From Thermovirgaceae bacterium (GTDB taxonomy: Bacteria > Synergistota > Synergistia > Synergistales > Thermovirgaceae): a DNA stretch of 21,469 nucleotides. The notes under the pieces are model-generated. The model saw only the letters and a list, made by a program, of their open reading frames with translations. It searched no databases and was not told where the DNA came from. Location: contig JBKHBH010000029.1 in assembly GCA_046542505.1 (NCBI GenBank), positions 1 through 21,469 of the forward strand, written 5' to 3'. Positions within the stretch are counted from its first letter, which is position 1, and every line of letters starts with the position of its first letter. Below, piece after piece: positions 9,465 through 17,174 of this stretch. The position numbers and the translations under genes were made by a program.

Positions 9465-9866
9465 TCAATCCTCCAGTGTTATTGCAACTTTGGGGCACTG
9501 TTTGATACATTCCGGCGAACCACCACAAAGATCGCATTTGAAGGCTTTTTTCGTTTCATTGTTAATGAAGATGGCATCAAACGGGCAGGCGTCCACACAT
9601 TTCCCGCACCCGATACATTTTTCTTCATCAACGAGCCAGGTTCCCAACTCATCCTGACTGATTGCATTTACCGGGCATGCCTCGGCACAGGGAGCATCAT
9701 CACATTGCCTGCAATAATCCATACCCAGTTCATGAGGCAACTTCTCCCTGTAAATCCTGATCCGTGCATGCGAGGGCTGATAGACTTGCTCTTTCGCTTC
9801 GCTGCAAGCAAGCATACAAATCCCGCATCCTGTGCACTTTCCGCGATCAACTACGATATGGGCCAT
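9465..9866 (-). CDS. 4x[4Fe-4S] electron-transfer subunit (DmsB/HycB-like), probable WOR small subunit
   Basis: Four Cys motifs: CTGCGICMLAC, CRQCDDAPCAEACP, CIGCGKCVDACP and CDLCGGSPECIKQCP. ATG 9866 follows AAGGAGG. Confidence 0.92.
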   Translation of the reverse strand: MAHIVVDRGKCTGCGICMLACSEAKEQVYQPSHARIRIYREKLPHELGMDYCRQCDDAPCAEACPVNAISQDELGTWLVDEEKCIGCGKCVDACPFDAIFINNETKKAFKCDLCGGSPECIKQCPKVAITLED

Positions 9867-9888
9867 TCTGCGCCCTCCTTCCAAAAAC

Positions 9889-10527
9889 CTATTGCTTCGC
9901 CTTATTGCCTTCAGCCATCATCCCGAGGATCCGCTCCACGCGTGGGGTATTGACAACACCACACACGCATTGGCTCGCAATCGTCTCAGCCGCATCTTTG
10001 AGTTTAGTCTTGCCGTTGGCTACCTCTTCAGCCATTTTGTCGACAAGATCAAAAGGAATCATTCCGTGGCCACACATCGTCGATATTTCAAGGACGGGTT
10101 CTTCCGGAAGTTTCTCTTTCTTGCCCCAGATTCCAAGAGAACGCTCAACAGTGTGCATTTTCATTTCGTTTTTCCTGCAACACTGATCGATCGAATGAAC
10201 AATGCCGGATACAACGATGGAAAGACCCAAATCTGCTGTCTTTAGTTCTTTTAAGACAACAGAGAGAGTTTCCTCATCGTTAAAAACGGCGTGCACGATG
10301 GAATTGTCCATCATATCCTTGCCGACCCCTTCAAGACCCAGCATGTATTTGTTTCCTTTTTTCATGTCACCCATATTGGATGGATTGTGTTTCTTTACGA
10401 TTTCGAAAAATTTCTCGAATTTGGGTGCACTGTTCTTTGCATTAACACTTTGGGCTGCAATGGCAAAAACTACAAAATCGTCTTTCAAGGATTCTTCGCT
10501 ACCCCGTCTATGCAATGTATGAGTCAT
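9889..10527 (-). CDS. Conserved hypothetical protein with putative metal/Fe-S ligands
   Basis: Tightly packed in the operon with a GGAGG SD; start is ATG 10527 or GTG 10533. Motifs MTHTLHRRG, GLSIVVSG, CC, TMCGHG and CVCG. I cannot assign a function. Confidence 0.85.
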   Translation of the reverse strand: MTHTLHRRGSEESLKDDFVVFAIAAQSVNAKNSAPKFEKFFEIVKKHNPSNMGDMKKGNKYMLGLEGVGKDMMDNSIVHAVFNDEETLSVVLKELKTADLGLSIVVSGIVHSIDQCCRKNEMKMHTVERSLGIWGKKEKLPEEPVLEISTMCGHGMIPFDLVDKMAEEVANGKTKLKDAAETIASQCVCGVVNTPRVERILGMMAEGNKAKQ

Positions 10528-10532
10528 TTTCA

Positions 10533-11249
10533 CTACACCTCCGCAAGTGGTCTTCCAAGTCCAACGTTGACTTTTCCGTTGACCGAGTAAGCAAGTCCCA
10601 TTTCCTCCAGCACTCTTTCAAAATAGGGAACACCCGAATCATCAGTCACGCCGCAAATGTCCAGACTGAAAACGGTTTCAATTTCACCCGAGACTTTTTC
10701 CAACTCTTCAAGGACTTCCTTGATCTTTTCATCAGACACAAAGAACTCGACTATCGCGGACAGAGCCTTTTCCTGAAGATACTTGTCCTCGATTTCTCCC
10801 GTCTTTTTGTCCTTCATTATTGCTGTGACGGGGTTAAGAGGTTCAAACTCGACATTGTGTTTTGCACAGGCCTGCGCAACTTTCTGGACATCGTAGAAAC
10901 GCGTGCCTGTACCCGGACGGCCAAGTTCCGCAGCAATCCCTGTGTACCCTTTCTTGAACCGGCCTGTCACATCGTTCGTTTTCATTTCTTCGGTTCCCCG
11001 ACCAGGGACGGATGTGCTGCTGTGACTGATCAGGGGATTACTGAAGGCCTTTCTCAAATTTCTCATCTCATCAAGTTCGGGCTCGTAAATCGCTTCCACG
11101 GGACAGACATTGCTTGACTTGCACACCCCACACTCAACGCATTCATCCTGATCTATGAATGCTTTCCCTTCCCGCATTTCGATGCAACTCATAGGGCAAT
11201 AATTCGTACAAAGACTGCAACCAATGCATTTCTCCCTGTCGATTTTCAT
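10533..11249 (-). CDS. N-terminal 2x[4Fe-4S] ferredoxin domain fused to an uncharacterised domain
   Basis: CIGCSLCTNYCP and CVECGVCKSSNVCP, followed by VPGRGTEEMKTNDVTGRF and ELGRPGTGTRF. Start moved to ATG 11249 behind a GAAAGGAAGG SD. Confidence 0.88.
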   Translation of the reverse strand: MKIDREKCIGCSLCTNYCPMSCIEMREGKAFIDQDECVECGVCKSSNVCPVEAIYEPELDEMRNLRKAFSNPLISHSSTSVPGRGTEEMKTNDVTGRFKKGYTGIAAELGRPGTGTRFYDVQKVAQACAKHNVEFEPLNPVTAIMKDKKTGEIEDKYLQEKALSAIVEFFVSDEKIKEVLEELEKVSGEIETVFSLDICGVTDDSGVPYFERVLEEMGLAYSVNGKVNVGLGRPLAEV

Positions 11250-11312
11250 GAGATACCTTCCTTTCAAATATTGAATCATGCTTGAACAAGTGACATAAAT
11301 GTGTTTCTTCTC

Positions 11313-11323
11313 TGGTAGGACCA
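11313..11323. promoter_or_regulatory. Putative FadR-subfamily operator TGGT-N3-ACCA
   Basis: TGGTAGGACCA fits the PdhR/LldR-type core. It lies between the predicted -10 and the first gene of an operon that is linked to a FadR-type regulator. Confidence 0.65.
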
Positions 11324-11341
11324 TGGTTTATTTTTCCGACA

Positions 11342-11371
11342 ATTATACCATATGCATCGCGAAATATGCAA
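11342..11371 (-). promoter_or_regulatory. Sigma70-type promoter of the WOR/TRAP operon
   Basis: Minus strand TTGCAT-N18-TATAAT with an extended -10 (TGGTATAAT). Confidence 0.7.
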
Positions 11372-11585
11372 AAGGCTTTTCTTCACAAATAATATGTTTG
11401 CTTTACGGACTCTTCCTAGGGGTCAACAGCACTTCATTCAGCGTCAGCAAAAATACATCAAACACAAATGGGTCGTGGCTTCTCCTAGATGGTTGATGCA
11501 CGAAGAACGAGCCATGACAGTAGCCAAGAAGAACATAGGCGTCTTTGGGAATGAAAACCTTTTACCGGCTGGCTGCTTTGTCGTT

Positions 11586-12818
11586 TTAAAACCTTTTGTT
11601 TCCAGACTGGTAGCCTTGCCCGAGGAGGAGAAAAGCACTGAGAAGGACGGCCGAGACCGTCAGAAAAAGCGGGCGAAATCCCGTCATATCGACGAAAAAA
11701 CCGCCCAAGGGCGGGAGAAGGGCCACAAGGATATCCAAGGTTCCGCGAATCCCCAGAAAAAGGGGCCGGTCGTCGTCGGGGACGATGTCGAGCAGGTAGG
11801 GTTCGAAACCCACACGCCTTCCACTGTACATGAAGCCCGTCAGAAGAAAGACGGGATAAAATCCCGCCGGCCCGAAGCGAACCGCAAAGAGGGCCAGAAC
11901 CGGCGTCACCGCACCGATGAGGATGCAGGCTCCGACCACCGCCTTTGAAGTCCATTTCCTCGAAAGCGCCCCCCAGACGAGGTTGGACAAAAGAATTCCC
12001 GCCGTCTGGACGATCAGGTAGCGCCCCACGTAACTCCCCCCGAGGTCGAAACTCTCCTTGGCGAAAAGCATGTAAAAGGGGAGGACCATGAGGCCGAAAC
12101 CCGAGAGGTTTTCCACGATGACGAAGCGGCGGAATTCCGGGTTGGTCTTCAGAAGCTGCGGGATGCTTTTGAAAAGGGCCCTTATGGGCTCCCGTTTCTC
12201 CCGGGCCCTGGACGGCGGCTCTTCGATGAACCAGAAGGCGCCCGCAGCCACCATCAACCCGACGAAACCGATGAAAAGAAGGACTGCATACCCCCGGGGA
12301 AACCCCATGGACGCCGCCCCCAGCGTGCCGGCCACGATAAATCCACCGGCTACGGAGGCTCCCCCCGAGATAAACTGCTTGACGGCGTAGAGGGTACCCC
12401 GCTCACCCGACGGGACGAGCTTGGCGACGATATCGGCGTAGACCAGTCCCGCAAGGCCGCCACTCAGGGCGAAAAGAACGAGCCAGACGAAAAGGCTCGC
12501 CACCACCAGACCAGGTGCGGACCGGGCGAAAAACCAGACGAAAACGGCCATGCCAAGAAAGGCCGCCGCCCGGATGTAGATGCCCAGGATCAAAAAAGGC
12601 CGCCTGTATTGAAAGGTCGAGAGAAAATGTCCGAAAAGGACGTTGAAAAGGTAGGGACCTGCCAGCAGAATCGAATAGAGCAGGCCGAAAACCGTCCTCG
12701 ACGGCGTCAGTTCGTCCACAAGGGCGGGAAGGACCGTCCCGAAGTTTATCATCGCAAGGGTCAGCGCGAGAAAAAAGCCGTGCCAGATGAAGATGGCATA
12801 AACGGATCGGCGTTTCAT
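11586..12818 (-). CDS. MFS transporter
   Basis: About 410 aa with roughly 12 hydrophobic segments; DIVAKLVPSGERG, WGALSRKW and DDRPLFLG. Start moved to ATG 12818 behind a GGGAGG SD. Confidence 0.9.
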   Translation of the reverse strand: MKRRSVYAIFIWHGFFLALTLAMINFGTVLPALVDELTPSRTVFGLLYSILLAGPYLFNVLFGHFLSTFQYRRPFLILGIYIRAAAFLGMAVFVWFFARSAPGLVVASLFVWLVLFALSGGLAGLVYADIVAKLVPSGERGTLYAVKQFISGGASVAGGFIVAGTLGAASMGFPRGYAVLLFIGFVGLMVAAGAFWFIEEPPSRAREKREPIRALFKSIPQLLKTNPEFRRFVIVENLSGFGLMVLPFYMLFAKESFDLGGSYVGRYLIVQTAGILLSNLVWGALSRKWTSKAVVGACILIGAVTPVLALFAVRFGPAGFYPVFLLTGFMYSGRRVGFEPYLLDIVPDDDRPLFLGIRGTLDILVALLPPLGGFFVDMTGFRPLFLTVSAVLLSAFLLLGQGYQSGNKRF

Positions 12819-12841
12819 CCAGTCCCTCCCGTATAACATCT

Positions 12842-12864
12842 GTACGATGGCAATGCCATTGTAC
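12842..12864. promoter_or_regulatory. Inverted repeat overlapping the predicted extended -10 of the MFS gene
   Basis: GTACGATGGCA-A-TGCCATTGTAC (11-1-11, one mismatch). The minus strand reads TGGTACAAT across its upstream edge. Confidence 0.5.
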
Positions 12865-12880
12865 CAATAGACCCGGGTAA

Positions 12881-12936
12881 AAAGCCCCAAAAGGGCGCCC
12901 GAAAGCAGCTGCTTCCGGGCGCCCTTTTGGGGCTTT
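12881..12936 (-). terminator. 56-bp near-perfect palindrome, probable terminator of the 12950-13789 gene
   Basis: AAAGCCCCAAAAGGGCGCCCG / CGGGCGCCCTTTTGGGGCTTT around a self-complementary AAGCAGCTGCTT core. It ends in TTTTT on the minus strand. Confidence 0.75.
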
Positions 12937-12949
12937 CACTTCAGGTATC

Positions 12950-13789
12950 TCAAGCCGCCTGTCCGCTGTCGCCGGAGGACCCGTCCCTTGCAGCCTCTTT
13001 TACCTGATGCCGCTTCCCTGGTTCGGCCGCCCCGCTGGCATCAAGCCCCAAAGTCTCTATCCTGAGGGCTCCCTTGGGGCACACGGCAACGCAGTCCATG
13101 CAGCCGTAACATTCGGGACTCACGGGAAGCGTCTTCGATCCCCCTTCAGCCCGGGTCTTTTCGGCCTGTTCCAGAAGCGGGTCCAGAAGCCTTTCGGAAA
13201 GGTCGCACACCGACGTGCAGAGCCTGCAGTTCACGCACTTGTCCGCGTCCAGGACCACGGGGCTGCGTTTCGTCGCAGTAGCCATCAGCGAGCCCAGTGT
13301 TCCGCCCGGACAAATATGTGCGCAGAAAGACCGCGGCTCGAAAACGAGGGCCATGACGGCCGCAAGGGCAAGCATCACCTGGCAGAACCGCAGAAAGAGA
13401 AAGCCGTGCTGCGCGTAGGATGCGTATGCCACGGGAAGCCCCTTGTGAATGTTGACGAGCCAGACGATCCATCCGAAATAGGCGAGCATTCCCATGAAGA
13501 AAACTCCCTGGAGGATGCGTCCCTTGTTGAGCCACCGGGGAAAGGGAACCAGTCTCAGCGAGATTTTGCTCCAGATGAGATCAATGAACCCCCCGTTGGG
13601 ACACAGCATCCCGCACCAGATCTTCCCCCTGAAGGCGGCAAGCAGGCCTCCAAGGGCAATCATGAGAACGCAGAACCACCACTGCTTCATGATGAACACG
13701 GCCACGATGAAGGCGATCACAAGTTGCAACTGGAGGACGCTGCGAATGCCCTTCCAGGTTTTTGAATCGAGCTGGTTTTTTCCTGCCAT
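12950..13789 (-). CDS. Membrane 4Fe-4S-binding protein (NapH/MauN/YccM-like polyferredoxin)
   Basis: About four TM helices, two CxxxCP motifs (WCGMLCP, FCAHICP) and a C-terminal dicluster (CVNCRLCTSVC, CYGCMDCVAVCP). Confidence 0.9.
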   Translation of the reverse strand: MAGKNQLDSKTWKGIRSVLQLQLVIAFIVAVFIMKQWWFCVLMIALGGLLAAFRGKIWCGMLCPNGGFIDLIWSKISLRLVPFPRWLNKGRILQGVFFMGMLAYFGWIVWLVNIHKGLPVAYASYAQHGFLFLRFCQVMLALAAVMALVFEPRSFCAHICPGGTLGSLMATATKRSPVVLDADKCVNCRLCTSVCDLSERLLDPLLEQAEKTRAEGGSKTLPVSPECYGCMDCVAVCPKGALRIETLGLDASGAAEPGKRHQVKEAARDGSSGDSGQAA

Positions 13790-13797
13790 GAAACAAA

Positions 13798-13855
13798 ACC
13801 CCCTCTGGGTATGTAGATTCTCGTAAAATCTACAATACCCTTAGGGGTATGTCAA
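13798..13855 (-). promoter_or_regulatory. Sigma70 promoter with two CsoR/CstR/RcnR-like G/C-tract operators
   Basis: Minus strand TTGACA-N17-TAGATT. The palindrome ATACCC-TTAG-GGGTAT (13835-13850) fills the spacer, and a second site ACCCCCTCTGGGTA (13798-13811) overlaps the SD. Confidence 0.7.
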
Positions 13856-14280
13856 GGAATTTCTTTTTTCTCTCCGTGACCGGGGAAGATTTCTTCCGGG
13901 AGGTCGGGATATTTCTCTTTCAGGGACGCGAGCCATGATTTTTCCTCGAATCCTTCCTCGAGGGGCATGACCTCCCGAACGGTCCACTCGTCGCAAGGTG
14001 CTTCAAGCAGCGCGCCGTATGTTTCGTATCGCTGGGAACCGTCCACAGACTGGGGCTCCGTCAGGGCAAAACACCATCCGCCCTTGACCTTCATCCAGCG
14101 GACCACGAAGACGACCTCGAGATCGAACCGGTTGCGGATATCATCCCTCATGACGTCCAGGACAGCCTTCCGTTCAGGCGTCCCCCAGGCGGGCGTAAAG
14201 GCCTCCTCTGCCGAGGATGGTTGAAGGAAGACAAGCGTCACTGCCATAAAGGAAAGGACAAGAACAATCGTCTTTCGCAT
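13852..14280 (-). CDS. Secreted hypothetical protein
   Basis: Sec signal peptide MRKTIVLVLSFMAVTLVFLQPSSA and an AAGGAG SD. 142 aa, divergent from ygiQ. Confidence 0.8.
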   Translation of the reverse strand: MRKTIVLVLSFMAVTLVFLQPSSAEEAFTPAWGTPERKAVLDVMRDDIRNRFDLEVVFVVRWMKVKGGWCFALTEPQSVDGSQRYETYGALLEAPCDEWTVREVMPLEEGFEEKSWLASLKEKYPDLPEEIFPGHGEKKEIP

Positions 14281-14385
14281 TCTTTTGCTCCTTTCGGGCA
14301 GAATTGCCGGAATTTTCGCTTTCTGCGAAAATTGACACCCTCAGGCAAGTATATCCCCTGGAAAAAAAGGATGCAGGTGATTTCC

Positions 14386-16287
14386 ATGACGGCAGACAGT
14401 CAAATAGAGTCCTCCAGCAGGGACGGGTTTCTTCCCGTCAACCTCAGGGACATGAAGCGGCGCGGCTGGGATGAACTGGATTTTCTGTTTGTCACCGGTG
14501 ACGCTTACGTGGACCATCCAAGTTTCGCCCATGCCGTGATTTCCCGTGTGCTCGAATCGGCGGGCTACCGCGTGGGGATCGTCGCCCAGCCCGACTGGCG
14601 CGACGCGAAAAATCTGGCCGTCATGGGAAAACCACGCCTTGCTGTTCTGGTCTCCGCCGGCAACCTGGACAGCATGCTTTCAAACTATACGGCGGCGAAA
14701 AAGCCGCGTCGAAGCGACCGCTACAGTCCCGGGGGGATCGGCGGCAAGCGACCCGACAGGGCTACCATCGTGTACTGCAACCTGGCCAGAAGTCTCTGGA
14801 AAGACACCCCCCTGGTCATCGGCGGGATCGAGGCCAGCCTGAGACGATTCGCCCACTACGACTACTGGTCCGATTCCATCAGACGTCCCGTTCTCGCCGA
14901 CAGCCGGGCCGACCTCCTCGTCTGGGGCATGGGCGAAACCCCGATCCTGGAGATCGCGCGCCGTCTCGAGAGGGGCGAAAAAGCGACGGAAATAACTGGT
15001 ATCAGGGGTACCTGCCTCATGACAAAAAATCTGGAGACCTTTCCCGGCATCGTGGAAATCCCTTCCTTCGAGGAAGTGGCTTTTGACAAAAAGGCCTTTG
15101 CCGAGGCATTCCGGATGAGCGACGCCGAGCAGGACCCCGGACGTGGCCGACCCGTGGCACAAAGGGTCGGAACCCGCTGGATGATCCAGAACGCGCCGGC
15201 AAAACCCATGACCCCGAAAGGTCTCGACGCCGTCTACGAACTCCCCTACACGAGGAAATGGCACCCTTCCTGCAACGCCGAAGGGGGCGTCCCGGCTCTC
15301 GATGAAGTCAAGTTCAGCATCACCGCCCACAGGGGCTGCTTCGGCGGATGCGCCTTCTGCGCCCTCTCCTCGCACCAGGGACGAATCATCCAGCCCAGGA
15401 GCAGGGCGTCTATCCTTCGGGAAGCCCGCCTTTTGACGGAAATGGAGGATTTCAAGGGCTACATCCATGACATCGGCGGCCCGACGGCGAATTTCAACGC
15501 CCCGGCCTGCGCCCTCCAGGAAAAGGGGACCTCCTGCGACGAAAGACTTTGCCTCTGGCCGACACCCTGCCCCAACCTGAAAACGGGACAAGGAGAATAC
15601 CTGGACATCCTCCGCGCGGTCCGGGCCCTTCCTGGAGTCAAGAAAGTCTTCGTGCGTTCGGGCATCCGGTACGACTACTTGGCTGATGACAACAGCGCCT
15701 TCCTCGAGGAAATCTGCGCCCATCACGTGAGCGGCCAGCTCAAGGTGGCGCCGGAACACGTCGCTAAAGCCGTGACGGACCGGATGCGCAAAAGCGGCAA
15801 GGAGACCTTTCTGGCCTTTAAAAAGAAGTTCGAGGCAGCGAACAAAAAGGTGGGGAAAAAACAGTTTCTCGTGCCCTATCTCATGTCAAGCCATCCGGGA
15901 AGCACCCTGAAGGATGCCGTGGAGCTCGCCGAGTTCCTGCGGGATATCCGATACCAGCCCCGGCAGGTCCAGGATTTTATCCCCACCCCGGGGACCCTTT
16001 CAACATGCATGTACTGGACAGGGCTCGACCCCTTTACCGCAGAACCTGTCTACGTTCCTAAAAGCTACAGGGAAAAGTCGATGCAGCGGGCGCTGCTCCA
16101 GTACAGAAACCCGAAAAACCGCAAACTCGTGGAACAGGCCCTGCATGAGGCGGGCCGGGAGGATCTCATAGGGAAGGGGCCGAAGTGCCTCATCCTTCCT
16201 GCTCCTGTCAACAGGAAAGGCCTGCGTCAGGGGAAAGGAAAACATCCCGGGGCAAAAAAGATGCCACCTCCGGGTCAAAAGAACTGA
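14386..16287 (+). CDS. ygiQ: YgiQ-family (UPF0313) radical SAM protein
   Basis: VTGDAYVDHPSF, GNLDSM, GGIEASLRRFAHYDYW, radical SAM motif RGCFGGCAFC, GQLKVAPEH and VQDFIPTP. Start moved to ATG 14386 (14371 is also possible). Confidence 0.95.
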   Translation: MTADSQIESSSRDGFLPVNLRDMKRRGWDELDFLFVTGDAYVDHPSFAHAVISRVLESAGYRVGIVAQPDWRDAKNLAVMGKPRLAVLVSAGNLDSMLSNYTAAKKPRRSDRYSPGGIGGKRPDRATIVYCNLARSLWKDTPLVIGGIEASLRRFAHYDYWSDSIRRPVLADSRADLLVWGMGETPILEIARRLERGEKATEITGIRGTCLMTKNLETFPGIVEIPSFEEVAFDKKAFAEAFRMSDAEQDPGRGRPVAQRVGTRWMIQNAPAKPMTPKGLDAVYELPYTRKWHPSCNAEGGVPALDEVKFSITAHRGCFGGCAFCALSSHQGRIIQPRSRASILREARLLTEMEDFKGYIHDIGGPTANFNAPACALQEKGTSCDERLCLWPTPCPNLKTGQGEYLDILRAVRALPGVKKVFVRSGIRYDYLADDNSAFLEEICAHHVSGQLKVAPEHVAKAVTDRMRKSGKETFLAFKKKFEAANKKVGKKQFLVPYLMSSHPGSTLKDAVELAEFLRDIRYQPRQVQDFIPTPGTLSTCMYWTGLDPFTAEPVYVPKSYREKSMQRALLQYRNPKNRKLVEQALHEAGREDLIGKGPKCLILPAPVNRKGLRQGKGKHPGAKKMPPPGQKN

Positions 16288-16297
16288 ACCGCCTTTT

Positions 16298-16858
16298 TCA
16301 TACCTGGTCGTAGCGGAAACAGTCCACCAGATGATCGTTCACCATCCCCACGGCCTGCATGTGGGAATAGACGACGACGGGGCCCACGAAACGGAATCCG
16401 CGCTCTCGGAGGTCCTTGCTCATGCGGCGCGAAAGAGGCGTCTCGGCGGGGACTTCCGAAGGGTTCCTCCAGGAATTGACGACAGGCTGGCCGTCCACGA
16501 AACGCCACATGTAATCCGAGAAGGAGCCGAAGTTTTCGCAAACATCCAGGAAGGCACGGGCGTTTTGTATGGCACCCTCCAGCTTCCGGCGGTTTCTGAT
16601 GATCCCCCTGTCGGACAGGGCACGGGCGACTTCTCCTTCGCCCCAACGGGAAAGGCGCTCCGGGGCGAACCCCTCCAGGCACATGCGGAAATTTTCGCGT
16701 TTCTTGAGAATCGTGAGCCAGCTCAGGCCCGCCTGGAAACCTTCGAGGAGAAGAAATTCGAAAAGCTTTCGATCGTCGTGAAGGGGAACCCCCCACTCCG
16801 TGTCGTGATATTCACGGAGAAGGGAATGGGCCTCGGCCCAGGGACACCGGTTCTGCAC
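16298..16858 (-). CDS. tag: DNA-3-methyladenine glycosylase I
   Basis: RCPWA..YHDTEWGVP, LEGFQAGLSWLTIL, IIRNRRK, GFRFVGP and MQAVGMVNDHLVDC. GTG 16858 behind AAGGAG gives a typical 186 aa. Confidence 0.95.
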   Translation of the reverse strand: MQNRCPWAEAHSLLREYHDTEWGVPLHDDRKLFEFLLLEGFQAGLSWLTILKKRENFRMCLEGFAPERLSRWGEGEVARALSDRGIIRNRRKLEGAIQNARAFLDVCENFGSFSDYMWRFVDGQPVVNSWRNPSEVPAETPLSRRMSKDLRERGFRFVGPVVVYSHMQAVGMVNDHLVDCFRYDQV

Positions 16859-16903
16859 GCTTGGACACTCCTTTGGGGACACCCTTTCCTCCAAGTGTAC
16901 CGC

Positions 16904-16940
16904 AAAAACGACGGACGGCCCCGGATAATCCGGGGCCGTC
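16904..16940 (-). terminator. Rho-independent terminator downstream of the small ORF
   Basis: Perfect 13-bp inverted repeat GACGGCCCCGGAT / ATCCGGGGCCGTC, followed on the minus strand by CGTCGTTTTT. Confidence 0.7.
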
Positions 16941-16983
16941 ATCTATCTTGGAAACGAAAGGAGAGAAAGGAGAAGCTGCAAAT

Positions 16984-17109
16984 TTACAGATACTGGATCA
17001 TGAGACTGGCGACGCCGTAGGTTGCTCCTGTGATCGTTGAAGCTGCAACGGCAAAGGTTCCCAGAACATCCCTGCCCGCGCTTTGTACATCCTTGCTGAA
17101 ATGTGCCAT
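16984..17109 (-). CDS. Small 41-aa protein MAHFSKDVQSAGRDVLGTFAVAASTITGATYGVASLMIQYL (not in the ORF track)
   Basis: AGGAGG SD 7 nt before the ATG, its own promoter upstream and a terminator downstream. The C-terminal 27 residues are uncharged and moderately hydrophobic. Confidence 0.7.
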   Translation of the reverse strand: MAHFSKDVQSAGRDVLGTFAVAASTITGATYGVASLMIQYL

Positions 17110-17174
17110 GATTTGACCTCCTGATATGGTCCGAGCCAATTGTTATTCATGGAACGCATTTCCTTTCAGCCATA

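Noticed and set aside
11250..11585. Moco/tungsten-cofactor riboswitch upstream of the AOR operon
   Set aside because: I recognised no such structure, and the predicted leader is only about 85 nt and AT-rich. An Infernal/Rfam scan would settle it.
7294..13789. Selenocysteine or frameshift recoding in the redox genes
   Set aside because: All ORFs appear full length with complete Cys motifs, so no in-frame TGA readthrough is needed.
14680..15759. 359-aa minus-strand ORF, and similar long ORFs at 13007-13765, 16331-17020, 18780-19412 and 19884-20729
   Set aside because: Antisense shadows of well-supported genes, as expected in GC-rich DNA.
16859..16942. N-terminal extension of Tag in the ORF track; similar extensions of ygiQ (14221), the MFS gene (12890) and the ferredoxin-domain gene (11324)
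   Set aside because: These starts lack an SD and run through terminators, promoters or neighbouring genes. The downstream starts have SD sequences and give typical lengths.
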